A stretch of 62,414 nucleotides of DNA, the filler included, from Candidatus Delongbacteria bacterium (GTDB lineage Bacteria; UBA4055), in the NCBI GenBank assembly GCA_016937995.1. It is 3 parts of 3 records of this genome, joined end to end, with 100 filler letters (N's around TTAATTAATTAA, not from the genome) between each part and the next. Parts side by side here need not be neighbours in the genome. Positions count along the whole stretch, not along the records: positions 27,205 to 55,004 come from JAFGVM010000091.1; 2 more parts are not named here. One strand, 5' to 3'. The translations under genes were made by a program, and so were the position numbers. The notes beneath the pieces were generated by a model. It was given only the letters and a program-made list of their open reading frames with translations, had not been told where the DNA came from and searched no databases. Positions 30,464 through 41,038 of this stretch are shown here, one piece after another. Numbering within the stretch: the stretch's first letter is position 1; every line of letters begins with the position of its first letter.

Positions 30464-31555
30464 ATGAGAATTACAGTTAAAAACTCACTTTCAATAGCCA
30501 CTATAATGGTAGTTTTTTTAATATTTATAACAGTACTTTTATCTCTTATGAAAATTGATAGAAAAGTTATTGTACCTGGAACTTTTACTTATAGAAATAT
30601 ATCTCCTGTAATTATTGAAGAAAATGGATTTGTGGAAAAAATATGTGCCGAAGAAAATGAACAGATCGAAAAAAATGATACGATACTTGTTCTCAGAAAT
30701 AAAGATATTGAAATGGAGATCACGAACTGCAAAAGCAGAATAAATATTTACAAGATAGAACTGGAAGAAATACTTCAACTGAAAGAGTATGACACAAGTA
30801 TTAATTCTTTTGATGTCACAAAACTCAAAGAAGAGTTAGAACTTAAAAAAGTTGAAGAAACATATTATAAGAACACGTACCTAGACAAAAAAGATCTTTA
30901 TGAAAAAAAGATCATCTCGAAGGACGATTATGAAGAAGCGGAACTGATCTATGAACAAACAAAACTTGAGAGCAGATCTATAAAAATACAAATTGATGAA
31001 CTTACAAGAATTCTTCAAAAATTAGACGCATCATCCCTTCTGAATTATAATCTTAAGCAAAAAGAACTGGAACTTGAAGAGAACACTTTAAATTATCTTA
31101 AGAACAGAAAAGAAATGCTTGTTGTGAAGGCAAAAATGTCCGGAAAACTATTGGCTGACAAACTGGAAAACCATTTAAATGTATTCCTGTCCCAGGGAGA
31201 TCAAATAGCTGATGTCGTATCTTATGATAAGATAGATTTTATCGGATACGCTGTAGGAGCTGACATAATCAGAGTAAAGAAAGATCAGGAAGTTGTCTTC
31301 AATGTTGACACGTTCAGAGGGAAAGACTTTATCCACGGTAAAGTAAAGAGGATCGGACTTAAAACCGCAGAGAAGAATGGCGTTATATCGTATCCTGTTG
31401 AGATAGAAGTGTTAAGTAAAGAATTCTTTGATAGAGGTAGAAAAAGATTCATTCACGCAGGTGTTGCGGGAGAAGCTATAATCATGACCGAGAGGGATAT
31501 TCCTATCGTTGAACTTCTGTGGGAAAGAATTATAAAATATGCGGACTTTAACTAA
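30464..31555 (+). CDS. HlyD-family membrane fusion protein
   Basis: N-terminal TM, lipoyl half motifs, long coiled coil; upstream of two ABC exporters. Confidence 0.8.
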   Translation: MRITVKNSLSIATIMVVFLIFITVLLSLMKIDRKVIVPGTFTYRNISPVIIEENGFVEKICAEENEQIEKNDTILVLRNKDIEMEITNCKSRINIYKIELEEILQLKEYDTSINSFDVTKLKEELELKKVEETYYKNTYLDKKDLYEKKIISKDDYEEAELIYEQTKLESRSIKIQIDELTRILQKLDASSLLNYNLKQKELELEENTLNYLKNRKEMLVVKAKMSGKLLADKLENHLNVFLSQGDQIADVVSYDKIDFIGYAVGADIIRVKKDQEVVFNVDTFRGKDFIHGKVKRIGLKTAEKNGVISYPVEIEVLSKEFFDRGRKRFIHAGVAGEAIIMTERDIPIVELLWERIIKYADFN

Positions 31556-31601
31556 GTTAGAAGTTAGAAATAAAATTTATTCTTTTGGATTAAAAACATA
31601 A

Positions 31602-33368
31602 ATGAAAGACATCTGGTACATATTCAAATTTATAAAACCTTACAAGACATCAATATTTGCATTATTGCTGTTTTTACTGTTCTATAATGTTATCAGCACA
31701 GTTCTGCCTTATATGACGTTCACGGTCATAATTGATGATTTTCTCCCGAATCATGATTTTAAATCGATCAATTTCATGATCGCAATGATCTTTCTACTTG
31801 TAATGATATTGGCATTCATTGATTTCCTTGTGGGTTATATTATGACTTACATGGGTGCAATGGTATCATTTGATATAAGAAATTACTTACTTAGACATTT
31901 ACAAAGTTTATCTTTAAAATTCTATTCAGACAGAAACAGTGGGGAGATCCTTGAACGATTGAATATGGATGTTGCAGCTATTCAGGGGATACTTACTAAC
32001 GAATTAGTTTCTTTTGTGACAAATATCTCTAAATTCTTGTTTCTTACTGTCGCAATATTCATTATCAACCCTGTTCTTGCAACACCATTGTTCATAATGA
32101 TAGTAATTCAATCTATTGTAGTTTTCTTTGCTATAAAGCAGATGCATAAGGATATAATTCTAACTCGTGAAAAAGAATCCAAACTGATAGGATATTTACA
32201 GGAAAGAGTAACTCTGGTAAAGGTTATTCAGGTCTTCGTAAGAAAGAAGTACGAAGAAACTATCCATGGATTCAAATCGGATAAGATCATCGACCAGGCA
32301 ATGAAAGTAGCTTCTGTAAGGAGTCAGCTTAGAGCTGTAACTATGCTTCTGAGAAATATGACACCACTGGTCGTTCTATGGGTGGGCAGCTATTTGATAA
32401 CAATAGATAAACTTTCGATCGGTGCATTAATAACAATGTGGATGTATTCGATACAATATATCTGGCCTGTATTCAGGATGGTCATGTCATTGAACCGTTT
32501 TCAGGAAAGTGTAGTGGGGATTCAAAGGGTAAAGGCATATCTTGATGAAAAACCGGAAGTAAAAGAGATCGATAATCCGATCAAAAAAGCAAAGATCACC
32601 GGTGATATCAAATTTGAGAACGTTGATTTTTATTATGAAGATAATAAGCAGATATTATTCGATATCAATTTTCACATAAAATCAGGCGAAACAGTTGCTT
32701 TTGTTGGTGAATCCGGATCCGGTAAATCCACTATTACAAATCTGATCTTCAGATTTTACGACCCTGTAAATGGCGAGATACTGATCGATAATAAACCATT
32801 AAAAAATTACAGTCTTCGATTACTTAGAAAAAATATCGGTGTTGTTTTCCAGGAAACTGATATGTTCGTTGCAACTTTAAGAGATAATCTCGCTTACGGA
32901 GCTACTAGAAAGGTCACTGATGATGAGATCATGGAAGCTGTAAAAATGTCATTACTTGATGATCTTGTAGCTAAATTACCTGATGGTCTGGATACAAAAG
33001 TTGAAGAGAAAGGAAAGAACTTCTCCGGTGGAGAGAAGCAGAGAATATCGATCTGCAGACTTATCCTGAGAAACCCTAATATTGTTATCTTTGATGAAGC
33101 AACTTCTGCTCTAGACAGCAAGGCGGAAAGCATGATTCAGGATACAATGAGCAGAGTTATGCAGGGACCAACATCAATAATCATTGCACACAGACTTTCA
33201 ACTGTAATAGATGCTGACAGAATATTCGTCTTCAAAGATGGAAGAATAATTGAAGTGGGAACCCATAAAGAACTTATCGATAAAGGTAACGAATATAAAA
33301 GATTGTGGGATGAACAACTGAAAGTTCATAATCACCACGAAGAGGATGAAGAAGAGAATATCCAATAG
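31602..33368 (+). CDS. ABC exporter, TMD+NBD half-transporter
   Basis: GESGSGKST, FSGGEKQR, FDEATSALD, IAHRLS. Confidence 0.93.
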   Translation: MKDIWYIFKFIKPYKTSIFALLLFLLFYNVISTVLPYMTFTVIIDDFLPNHDFKSINFMIAMIFLLVMILAFIDFLVGYIMTYMGAMVSFDIRNYLLRHLQSLSLKFYSDRNSGEILERLNMDVAAIQGILTNELVSFVTNISKFLFLTVAIFIINPVLATPLFIMIVIQSIVVFFAIKQMHKDIILTREKESKLIGYLQERVTLVKVIQVFVRKKYEETIHGFKSDKIIDQAMKVASVRSQLRAVTMLLRNMTPLVVLWVGSYLITIDKLSIGALITMWMYSIQYIWPVFRMVMSLNRFQESVVGIQRVKAYLDEKPEVKEIDNPIKKAKITGDIKFENVDFYYEDNKQILFDINFHIKSGETVAFVGESGSGKSTITNLIFRFYDPVNGEILIDNKPLKNYSLRLLRKNIGVVFQETDMFVATLRDNLAYGATRKVTDDEIMEAVKMSLLDDLVAKLPDGLDTKVEEKGKNFSGGEKQRISICRLILRNPNIVIFDEATSALDSKAESMIQDTMSRVMQGPTSIIIAHRLSTVIDADRIFVFKDGRIIEVGTHKELIDKGNEYKRLWDEQLKVHNHHEEDEEENIQ

Positions 33369-33433
33369 CCAGCACGGAACATCCAAGTAAGAAGGATTTT
33401 CGTAAAGACGTTCTCCACGAACGTCCCTAAAAC

Positions 33434-35275
33434 GTGAGAAAAAAAAGATATATGAAAAAACAAAAAGAACATAATAAATACGATATATCATACAGGCAGA
33501 TGCTTACCAGAATGCCCAAGCTTTATATGTTCATGAAGAAATATAAATGGATCATACTTGGACTAGGCAGCTTTGATGTAATTAGTCAGTTCCTTGAAAT
33601 TTTACCACCTCTTATCATACAGTACTGCATTGATGAAGTGATCCCTTTCAAAGATATTTACTCTATAAATGTACTTTTCGGAATGATCGCATTTATGTTC
33701 CTGACAAGGAGTGGATTGTTCCTTGGACATATCTATATCAGATGGCATTTACAATACAATATCAGAAAAGATATTAGAGAGAAACTATTCAATTCTTTGC
33801 TGATACAAACTCCTGTTTTCTATTCAAAAAGGGTTTCTGGTGAAATTACTTCAAGAATGAACAATGATGTTGGATCTGTATCCTATTTAGCATCAGATGC
33901 TTTTTTTGACCTTCTTAATACAGTTCTTCAGATAGCATTTTCACTTGGAATGCTGTTTTACCTCAGTTGGAAAATTACCCTGGCAATATTGATCTTAGTA
34001 GGGTTTCAGTATATTTTTGTAAGTATTATAATGAACTACTTCAAAAAATACAGAAAGAGGGTATCTGAGAAATGGGGTCGTTTATTAGGCTATCTTCAGG
34101 AAGTTCTTTCTAATATTAAGATCGTAATGGCATTTGGTAATGAGAATTATGAAGCATCAAGACACACCTCAAAAAGCCGTGAATATATAAAGGACAATAT
34201 AAAACTTGGAATTACAAACCGAATGTTCGAAGTCGTTGCTACAATTTTCTGGCATGCATTCTACCTTGTAATTATACTTTACGGATTAAGACTAATATCT
34301 TCAGGTGAGATCACTCTGGGTATTCTGGTAGCTTTCATTATGCTCGTAAAAAATCTTTTCGAACCTATATTCGGTCTAAGCGGAACCATAATATATGTTA
34401 TCGGTGCTTTTGTATCTATTGACAGGATATATGAATATATCGAATCTCCAAATGAATTGACCACATCTAAAAATCCTATTAAATTAGAGAATCCTAAAGG
34501 CCGACTAAGCTTTGAGAAAGTCATTTTCAGATATGAAAAAGGTAAAGATCAGATAGCTTTAAAAGACGTAAGTTTTGACATTGATGACGGAAAATCCATA
34601 GCCCTTGTAGGACATAGCGGTGCAGGTAAATCAACGATCGTTAATCTTCTCCTCAGATTTTATGACCCAGAAAGTGGCAGTATAAAATTCAATGGACACG
34701 ATCTTAAGGATATCGATCTGGACAATTATAGAGAGAATATTTCAATTGTTTTCCAGGATGCACTGCTTTTTAATGATACTATACTCAACAATCTTAAGTA
34801 TTCAAAACTTGATGCTACGATAGAGGAAGTAGATAAAGCCTGTCACGATGCTAATATATATGATTTTATCCATGACCTTCCGGAAGGATATGAAACAGTC
34901 GTCGGAGAAAGAGGATTGAAACTTTCAGGCGGACAGAGACAGAGACTGTCTATTGCCAGAGCTCTATTAAAGAATCCTAAAGTTCTTATCCTTGATGAGG
35001 CTACTGCATCAATAGATTCTATCAGTGAGAATATAATTCAAGCTGCTATTGATAAGATCATGAAAGACCGAACAACTGTTATAATTGCACATAGATTAAC
35101 TACAATTGTAAATGTTGATAAAATTCTTGTTTTTGATGATGGTAAAATAGTTGAGTCAGGAAATCATCATGACCTTGTTGAGAAAAAAGGTCTTTATCAT
35201 GAACTTTGGACAACCCAGATGAAAGACCGTGAAATGACCGGGATGTATATGAACGGAACGAACGGAAAGAATTAA
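33434..35275 (+). CDS. ABC exporter, TMD+NBD half-transporter (start may be the ATG at 33452)
   Basis: GHSGAGKST, LSGGQRQR, LDEATASID, IAHRLT. Confidence 0.93.
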   Translation: MRKKRYMKKQKEHNKYDISYRQMLTRMPKLYMFMKKYKWIILGLGSFDVISQFLEILPPLIIQYCIDEVIPFKDIYSINVLFGMIAFMFLTRSGLFLGHIYIRWHLQYNIRKDIREKLFNSLLIQTPVFYSKRVSGEITSRMNNDVGSVSYLASDAFFDLLNTVLQIAFSLGMLFYLSWKITLAILILVGFQYIFVSIIMNYFKKYRKRVSEKWGRLLGYLQEVLSNIKIVMAFGNENYEASRHTSKSREYIKDNIKLGITNRMFEVVATIFWHAFYLVIILYGLRLISSGEITLGILVAFIMLVKNLFEPIFGLSGTIIYVIGAFVSIDRIYEYIESPNELTTSKNPIKLENPKGRLSFEKVIFRYEKGKDQIALKDVSFDIDDGKSIALVGHSGAGKSTIVNLLLRFYDPESGSIKFNGHDLKDIDLDNYRENISIVFQDALLFNDTILNNLKYSKLDATIEEVDKACHDANIYDFIHDLPEGYETVVGERGLKLSGGQRQRLSIARALLKNPKVLILDEATASIDSISENIIQAAIDKIMKDRTTVIIAHRLTTIVNVDKILVFDDGKIVESGNHHDLVEKKGLYHELWTTQMKDREMTGMYMNGTNGKN

Positions 35276-35382
35276 TTTCTTGCTTTTCAACTGAACTTGT
35301 ATCATATTTTTTTAGTACGATAATTCTAAATACTACGAAATCGAAGAAAAGAATATTACTTTAAATCAAAATGGAGTGAGGG

Positions 35383-35988
35383 ATGAAGAATTTTATCATA
35401 TTGTTATTTGTACTGGGAAATCTTTCTTTATTTGCTCAGGAGATCGTTCCAGTAAAACAGGATATGGTATTTGCAGTTAAGCAAAACCCTCTTGAAACAA
35501 AGAAAAATTCAATTGGTATTCGTTACTCAGGTATTTCAGGATATGGACTCAATATTCAAAGAAGATTTTTTGAAAACTATACATTCAAATTCACCGGACT
35601 TATACACTACTCGGAATACATAAAGGGTTACAAGGACAGTACAAATTATGAAGATCGTAAGAATATTCTGTATGATTATGGTTTTGAACTTCAGAGAGAT
35701 GTTTTCAAAACTGACGGTATGAGAGTAAGTGTTCTTGGAGGAATTTATTTCTCAAACGAAGAAAACAAAGAGGAATCAGACGGAATTTTCTACGATGAGA
35801 ATTTTACTAAGGATAAGATCGTTGGAGGAATTGGTGTCAGCCTTGAATTCTATATCAAAAAAGCTCTTTCGGTAAATTTTGATTTTGGATATGTGTTCGA
35901 CAATACTGAAGGTAAGGAGGATGAGATCCCGGTAACTGAGAATAAAACTCAACTTGGGCTTGGTATCGGACTCTCATACTTATTCTAA
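35383..35988 (+). CDS. Small outer membrane beta-barrel protein
   Basis: Signal peptide, alternating beta-strands, C-terminal GLSYLF. Confidence 0.7.
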   Translation: MKNFIILLFVLGNLSLFAQEIVPVKQDMVFAVKQNPLETKKNSIGIRYSGISGYGLNIQRRFFENYTFKFTGLIHYSEYIKGYKDSTNYEDRKNILYDYGFELQRDVFKTDGMRVSVLGGIYFSNEENKEESDGIFYDENFTKDKIVGGIGVSLEFYIKKALSVNFDFGYVFDNTEGKEDEIPVTENKTQLGLGIGLSYLF

Positions 35989-36000
35989 CCGGAATCAAAC

Positions 36001-36573
36001 TTGATAAGACAAAAAGTAAATATTTTAAAAGAAGTGTTAGCATTATCTATTTTAATGCTATCCTGTTTGTCTTTTGCTGATGAATTTAATTATAAGGAAT
36101 ATTCCAATTTTATAGGTACTAAGGCATCGAATATTTCAGGATATGGTATTTATTACAGTAGAAGTATTTCCGAAAATTATAGATTGCAGGGTATGGGAAT
36201 TGTATACTACTACGAACTATCCAAAGAAAATGAGCAAAGAACTATTATAAATTACGACATCGGACTTGAGATACAGAGATATATTTACAGTGGCGGGAAT
36301 ATGAGATCTTATATTCTGGCTGGTGGTTACTATTATTTTGATGATGACACTTCAACTTTAACTGATGAGACCCAGGTCATAAATCACTCATATAATATTG
36401 GTGTGGGATTAGGTTTTGAATTTTACTATAAGAAGCTCGTTATTAACATTGACCTGGGATATAAATTCTTCGAGGATAATCTTAAAACATATGTAAATGG
36501 TGTTTATGCGTATCCTGAGCTTGAAAGAACTACAAAGGTAGGAGCCGGTATCGGAATCGGATTTATGTTCTAA
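36001..36573 (+). CDS. Small outer membrane beta-barrel protein, tandem paralogue
   Basis: Shares ISGYG, YDxGxExQR and GxGxEFY with the previous gene; ends GIGFMF. Confidence 0.7.
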   Translation: MIRQKVNILKEVLALSILMLSCLSFADEFNYKEYSNFIGTKASNISGYGIYYSRSISENYRLQGMGIVYYYELSKENEQRTIINYDIGLEIQRYIYSGGNMRSYILAGGYYYFDDDTSTLTDETQVINHSYNIGVGLGFEFYYKKLVINIDLGYKFFEDNLKTYVNGVYAYPELERTTKVGAGIGIGFMF

Positions 36574-36574
36574 A

Positions 36575-37150
36575 TTATTTTAACATTTCACCCATCATCC
36601 TTACATTTTCCAATATTTTTTCTCTTTTAGCATTATCAGTTGATTTTAAAGAAGAGAATATTGTTGTCTTAACCGGTTTGATCCCGCAGAATTCAAACAC
36701 ACCTTTTTTTATAGAGCGTAAACCCGGACTTCTCATGTACCATTTATAATAAATAGAAGGCCCGTCCATTGTAGTTATCAATCTTGCTGATTTTCCTTTT
36801 AAAAATTTTTCCGGTAATGGAGAACCTTTTTTGTATTTAAAAGCAAAATGTGGTAATATCACTCTGTCAATAAATCCTTTAAGCAGAGCAGGAAAAGTAC
36901 TCCACCATGTAGGAAAAACTAATACAATATGATCAGTTTTGGTAATTTGCTCTTGTACTTTCAAAAGATCAGGTTCAAGCTCCATTCGTTTCTTGTAACC
37001 ATACCTTAATATAGGATCGAATTCAAGATCTATCAAATGAATTAAATTTACATTTGAATCAGATGTATCAGCACCTTCTTTATAACTTTCAGCAATAGCA
37101 GCACAAAAACTGTTCTTATCCGGATTTGCATTGATTATCAGTATATTCAT
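36575..37150 (-). CDS. Flavodoxin-like NAD(P)H dehydrogenase (quinone)
   Basis: INANPDKNSFC, FPTWWSTFPALLKGFIDRV, LKGKSA. Confidence 0.88.
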   Translation of the reverse strand: MNILIINANPDKNSFCAAIAESYKEGADTSDSNVNLIHLIDLEFDPILRYGYKKRMELEPDLLKVQEQITKTDHIVLVFPTWWSTFPALLKGFIDRVILPHFAFKYKKGSPLPEKFLKGKSARLITTMDGPSIYYKWYMRSPGLRSIKKGVFEFCGIKPVKTTIFSSLKSTDNAKREKILENVRMMGEMLK

Positions 37151-37224
37151 ATTTCACTCCGTTACTGCTAAAAAATATAAAAGTATTTTAAACATATAAA
37201 AAGTAAATAGCTTCAGAACCTCTT

Positions 37225-37962
37225 TTATTCCTTCACGATCGCAGACGAATCCGGATCAAATGGATTTATTCTCAATGCCAATGAAAATAGATGTGGATAA
37301 GTAACTTTTAGATGTTTCATATATGCGATCCATTGAGGAGCTAAACTACTATAAACTCTATGAACATCGCCAGCAAGATGCATATAATCCTCTTTCGGAA
37401 GCCCCTCTAAAGAATCTCTTGATTCTAACTCCTCGGTCAAATGAAAAGTTGCCCATAGAACATCAGTAAATTTCTCATGCTCAAGCAAGCTTGGATTTTC
37501 AAGTAATCTCAACATAAAATCTCTTTTCTCGGAAAGAAATTTCTTCACAACATCCCAATTCATTTTTTCAATATCAACTATAAATTCATTCTCCTTCAAT
37601 TTCTTAACAAATTCATTGAACTTATCAGGTTTAGAATGCTCTTGAAAAAAAACAATATTATCAAGTAAATGCTTATCTATTTTTGCAAATATCGCAAGAA
37701 TATTAGTTCCTATCTCACTGAAGAAAGCTCCGATAACCATATTAAGTTTTTTCATTTTCTTCTTTTTTTCTCGGTTATGCAATACTCTTTCAATTATAAG
37801 AGTAACAATAAGAACTTCCAGAAATACAAAAGCTATATCACCTATCAGATACATAAAAATATGATGAGCATCTCTGAATATAAAATAATGTATCGTGTAA
37901 ACTAGTGCTGATAAAATCACTAACAATAAACCTATTAATAACTGCTTAGATTCTATTTTCAA
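37225..37962 (-). CDS. Conserved hypothetical membrane protein
   Basis: Two N-terminal TMs, KLNMVIGAFFSEIG, LLENPSLLEHE. Confidence 0.65.
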   Translation of the reverse strand: MKIESKQLLIGLLLVILSALVYTIHYFIFRDAHHIFMYLIGDIAFVFLEVLIVTLIIERVLHNREKKKKMKKLNMVIGAFFSEIGTNILAIFAKIDKHLLDNIVFFQEHSKPDKFNEFVKKLKENEFIVDIEKMNWDVVKKFLSEKRDFMLRLLENPSLLEHEKFTDVLWATFHLTEELESRDSLEGLPKEDYMHLAGDVHRVYSSLAPQWIAYMKHLKVTYPHLFSLALRINPFDPDSSAIVKE

Positions 37963-37971
37963 AATTACTCC

Positions 37972-38544
37972 TTATTTACCTTTCTTTAATCTTACAAAAC
38001 TCCCGAATCTTGATCTGCTTTGAGGGAAGACTCCTTCACTCACATATCTTATGTCTTCAATTGAATAGAACGCATTCGGATTATGTTCTTTTATTATTGA
38101 AACTACTTTTCCAATATCAAGTCTTTTAATAACAGTGAAAATAACATGAACAGGACCTGTAGAGCCTTCCGCATTCATAACAGTTACTCCATAATTTTCT
38201 TTAATCATATGATCCATTAGATCCTGACCTACTGTTCTGGTTATTATTCTAACAACGACCATACCCAGAGCTATTTTGCCCTCAATAACCATACCGACAT
38301 AATTACCAAGTGCAAATCCGAGCGCATAAGCAATCACGTTAGCCATATTATCAAGATTTTTCATTACCTGACTTATTGCAGCAAGCCAAATAATTATCTC
38401 AAAGAAAGCTAAGATTGGAGCAATGAATCTGTATCCCTTAGCTATAAAAATAATTTTTATAGTTCCTATAGAAACATCGACTATTCTTGCAAGACAGATA
38501 AGTACAGGAACTATTATAATTGGAAATATCTCTGGGCCTGTCAT
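37972..38544 (-). CDS. UPF0316/DUF2179 family membrane protein
   Basis: ARIVDVSIGT, FEIIIW, YALGFALGNYVG, G.GVT..AEG, PNAFYSIED. Confidence 0.85.
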   Translation of the reverse strand: MTGPEIFPIIIVPVLICLARIVDVSIGTIKIIFIAKGYRFIAPILAFFEIIIWLAAISQVMKNLDNMANVIAYALGFALGNYVGMVIEGKIALGMVVVRIITRTVGQDLMDHMIKENYGVTVMNAEGSTGPVHVIFTVIKRLDIGKVVSIIKEHNPNAFYSIEDIRYVSEGVFPQSRSRFGSFVRLKKGK

Positions 38545-38628
38545 TTACAACTCCTTTGTTCTTTGCAGGAAATTACGAAGATGAACAGCTAAAATCAAAC
38601 TTAAGTTCAATTTTATTTAAAGTGTAGG

Positions 38629-38964
38629 TTACACTATCTTGAACATCTTAAAATATTTATGCTGTTCAGAGTCAAAGAAGACTTTACGCTTAATAAAACC
38701 AAGTTTCTCGAAATACGGAGTATGTTTTGTATCTGAGTATATAAAGAATTTGATCACGTTCAGTTTAGATGCTTTTCTCTCAAGTATCCTTAAAATTTTT
38801 TCAAGTATATATTTCTCATCTACACTTTCAATAAATCCTATTCTTTTTATTTCAATACCTGATACTATAACAGTTCCGACAGCTTTTCCACCCTCAAAAA
38901 CCAGATACTCTTCAGAATTATCATGACTTACAGTTTTAAGATGTAAGAGTTTAATTATCTTCAT
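38629..38964 (-). CDS. Small GNAT-like protein
   Basis: AVGT..IKRIG..YFEKLGF motif; probable start at the ATG at 38964. Confidence 0.45.
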   Translation of the reverse strand: MKIIKLLHLKTVSHDNSEEYLVFEGGKAVGTVIVSGIEIKRIGFIESVDEKYILEKILRILERKASKLNVIKFFIYSDTKHTPYFEKLGFIKRKVFFDSEQHKYFKMFKIV

Positions 38965-40681
38965 TTTGTATTTTCTCATTTTCGTTTGAATATTTGATAT
39001 TGTACCAGTTAACATTTCTTGTTGCATACATTGTCAGAGCAAGAGCTATGAAAAGACCTATACTGCCGAAAAGCAGTGAATAATCCTGGTTCTGCAGGAG
39101 TATCAATAAAAAAGTGTAAAGAACAGTTAGAGCAGAAGTGATCACAGCGGTAAACTTACCACTCTTTAGCATAGTGTATGAATACATCGCTATCATAATT
39201 ATCGTTGCACCGGAGGAAATTAAATATGCATTTATAAAACACATATGCTCTGAAATTGATAGCAGAAGAATAAAAAATACTACTATTGCCATTCCTGCTA
39301 GGATATACTGCATCGGATGGATTTTCTTTTTTGTAACTGCCTCAGTTATAAAGAACACCAGAAACGTTAATGAAACGAACATAAGCAGATATTTTACAGC
39401 TCTGGATATCTTTCTGTAATCATCGACAGGTATCATTATTCTTACACCGAATGCTGAAGCTTTAAGTTTATTTTTCGGAAATTCTTCCAGGCATACTTGG
39501 GGATAATCCCTGTTCAGATGCATAACATTCCATTCTGCTGTAAATCCTGAGTCTTCAATTTTTCTTTTAACGGGTAGAAAATTACCTGTGAAATTAGGGT
39601 CGGGATTTTCTGATGAAAGTTTAACTGAAGTATCTTTTCCTATTGGAGTGACATGCAGATCTCCACTGCCGTTCAGATTAAGATCATAGGAAAACGGAAT
39701 TTGTATCCCCTGTTTTTCTTTCAGATCTATTTCACAGGAAAGTCCATGGTCATAGAAATCATTATTATTTAGTCCTTTGTCGAACAAAAGGATATCTTCA
39801 CTCACTCTGATCTTAACTATTTCATTTATACTTTTCATGTCTGAGAAACCTACTTCCATTACAGCCTTCTCCCAGATGATCTTACCTGATTTTGTATATT
39901 CTTTATCTGCTTTAAGAAAAAACTCCCCGTTAACTTTCAGATCAGCCCTGTATAAAAGGAATTTATAAATACTTTTATACCTTATCTCAGGATATAATCG
40001 ACCTTCAACATTTATTTTTTCAGGAAGAATATGCATATATTCAATATAAGTCTCCTTATCCTCTACCAGTTTATAATCCTTTTCACCTTCTTTAGGATTC
40101 TCAACAGGTACTTTTTTATGAACTGTTCTTTCATATTCTACCGGAACATATAATACAGGTCCGTTCACTGTCTGATCTTTACCCCACTGACCGGATACTT
40201 CATTGAATGCATTAAACCTGGTAAAAGTCCGTTCATGAACCATGTTTTTAATAAAGCTACCAGGTATAAGAAGAAGTACTGCCAGAATTATTATCAGAAA
40301 AACTTTAACGATCGTTTGATCAGTTCTATATCTGATCTTTGTTCTTGACATATCATACCTGAGTTGAGTATCGGGATTTTCATTTTTTGCGGATTTACTG
40401 TTCTCAGTAAAATTTTCATTTTCTGTAAATGACATACGAAACCTCCATTTATTATTTTTAATGATTTTTTGTATATTTTTCTTATATCTAAAAAAAAGAA
40501 ATATCACAGTAATAAAAATTGAAAAACCGATAAATTTTTCACATGATATATATCCAATTTTATTATCTAAAAACGCATAGATCAAAAACAAAAGAAAGAA
40601 GATCGTCATAAAAGAACTTATTACTGAAAAAAATACTATTATGATCTTTTTTAAAAGATTCATCACTGAAGAAACATTCAT
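38951..40681 (-). CDS. creD: Cell envelope integrity protein CreD
   Basis: W..DQTV.GP, LNLNGS..P.G, P.F.G.FLP, IHPMQY.L.G.A..F.ILLLSISEH, LL.GS. Confidence 0.9.
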   Translation of the reverse strand: MNVSSVMNLLKKIIIVFFSVISSFMTIFFLLFLIYAFLDNKIGYISCEKFIGFSIFITVIFLFFRYKKNIQKIIKNNKWRFRMSFTENENFTENSKSAKNENPDTQLRYDMSRTKIRYRTDQTIVKVFLIIILAVLLLIPGSFIKNMVHERTFTRFNAFNEVSGQWGKDQTVNGPVLYVPVEYERTVHKKVPVENPKEGEKDYKLVEDKETYIEYMHILPEKINVEGRLYPEIRYKSIYKFLLYRADLKVNGEFFLKADKEYTKSGKIIWEKAVMEVGFSDMKSINEIVKIRVSEDILLFDKGLNNNDFYDHGLSCEIDLKEKQGIQIPFSYDLNLNGSGDLHVTPIGKDTSVKLSSENPDPNFTGNFLPVKRKIEDSGFTAEWNVMHLNRDYPQVCLEEFPKNKLKASAFGVRIMIPVDDYRKISRAVKYLLMFVSLTFLVFFITEAVTKKKIHPMQYILAGMAIVVFFILLLSISEHMCFINAYLISSGATIIMIAMYSYTMLKSGKFTAVITSALTVLYTFLLILLQNQDYSLLFGSIGLFIALALTMYATRNVNWYNIKYSNENEKIQNEDN

Positions 40682-40706
40682 ACAAATACCTCATTTTAAT
40701 CAAAGC

Positions 40707-40723
40707 ACTTTGAGTTTCAAAGT
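40707..40723. promoter_or_regulatory. Palindromic operator ACTTTG-N5-CAAAGT upstream of creD
   Basis: Perfect 6-bp inverted repeat; second copy at 41679-41695. Confidence 0.65.
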
Positions 40724-40738
40724 TTATACACAAAAAAA

Positions 40739-41038
40739 TTATTGAATGTTCCGGATTATTTTTTCCAGTGCTGATAAATGTTCTTTGAATGCAATTTTAC
40801 CTGCATCAGTTGCAGAATAAATAGTTGAAGTTTTCTTACCGACAAATTTCTTTTTTATCTTAATATACTTCTCTTTTTCCAGGACAGAAGCATTACTGGA
40901 TAGATTCCCGTCAGTAATATCCAAAAGTGATTTTAACTCTTTAAAATCTATTTTTTCATTGACCATAAGTGCAGACATTATACCAAGCCTGACCTTATTT
41001 TCGAAGATCTTATTTATCTGTGAAATTATATCTTTCAT
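40739..41038 (-). CDS. Winged-helix transcriptional regulator (HTH_34/MarR-ArsR-like)
   Basis: RLGIMSAL..F.ELK..L.ITDGNLS....LE...YI...K.F.GK. Confidence 0.88.
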   Translation of the reverse strand: MKDIISQINKIFENKVRLGIMSALMVNEKIDFKELKSLLDITDGNLSSNASVLEKEKYIKIKKKFVGKKTSTIYSATDAGKIAFKEHLSALEKIIRNIQ

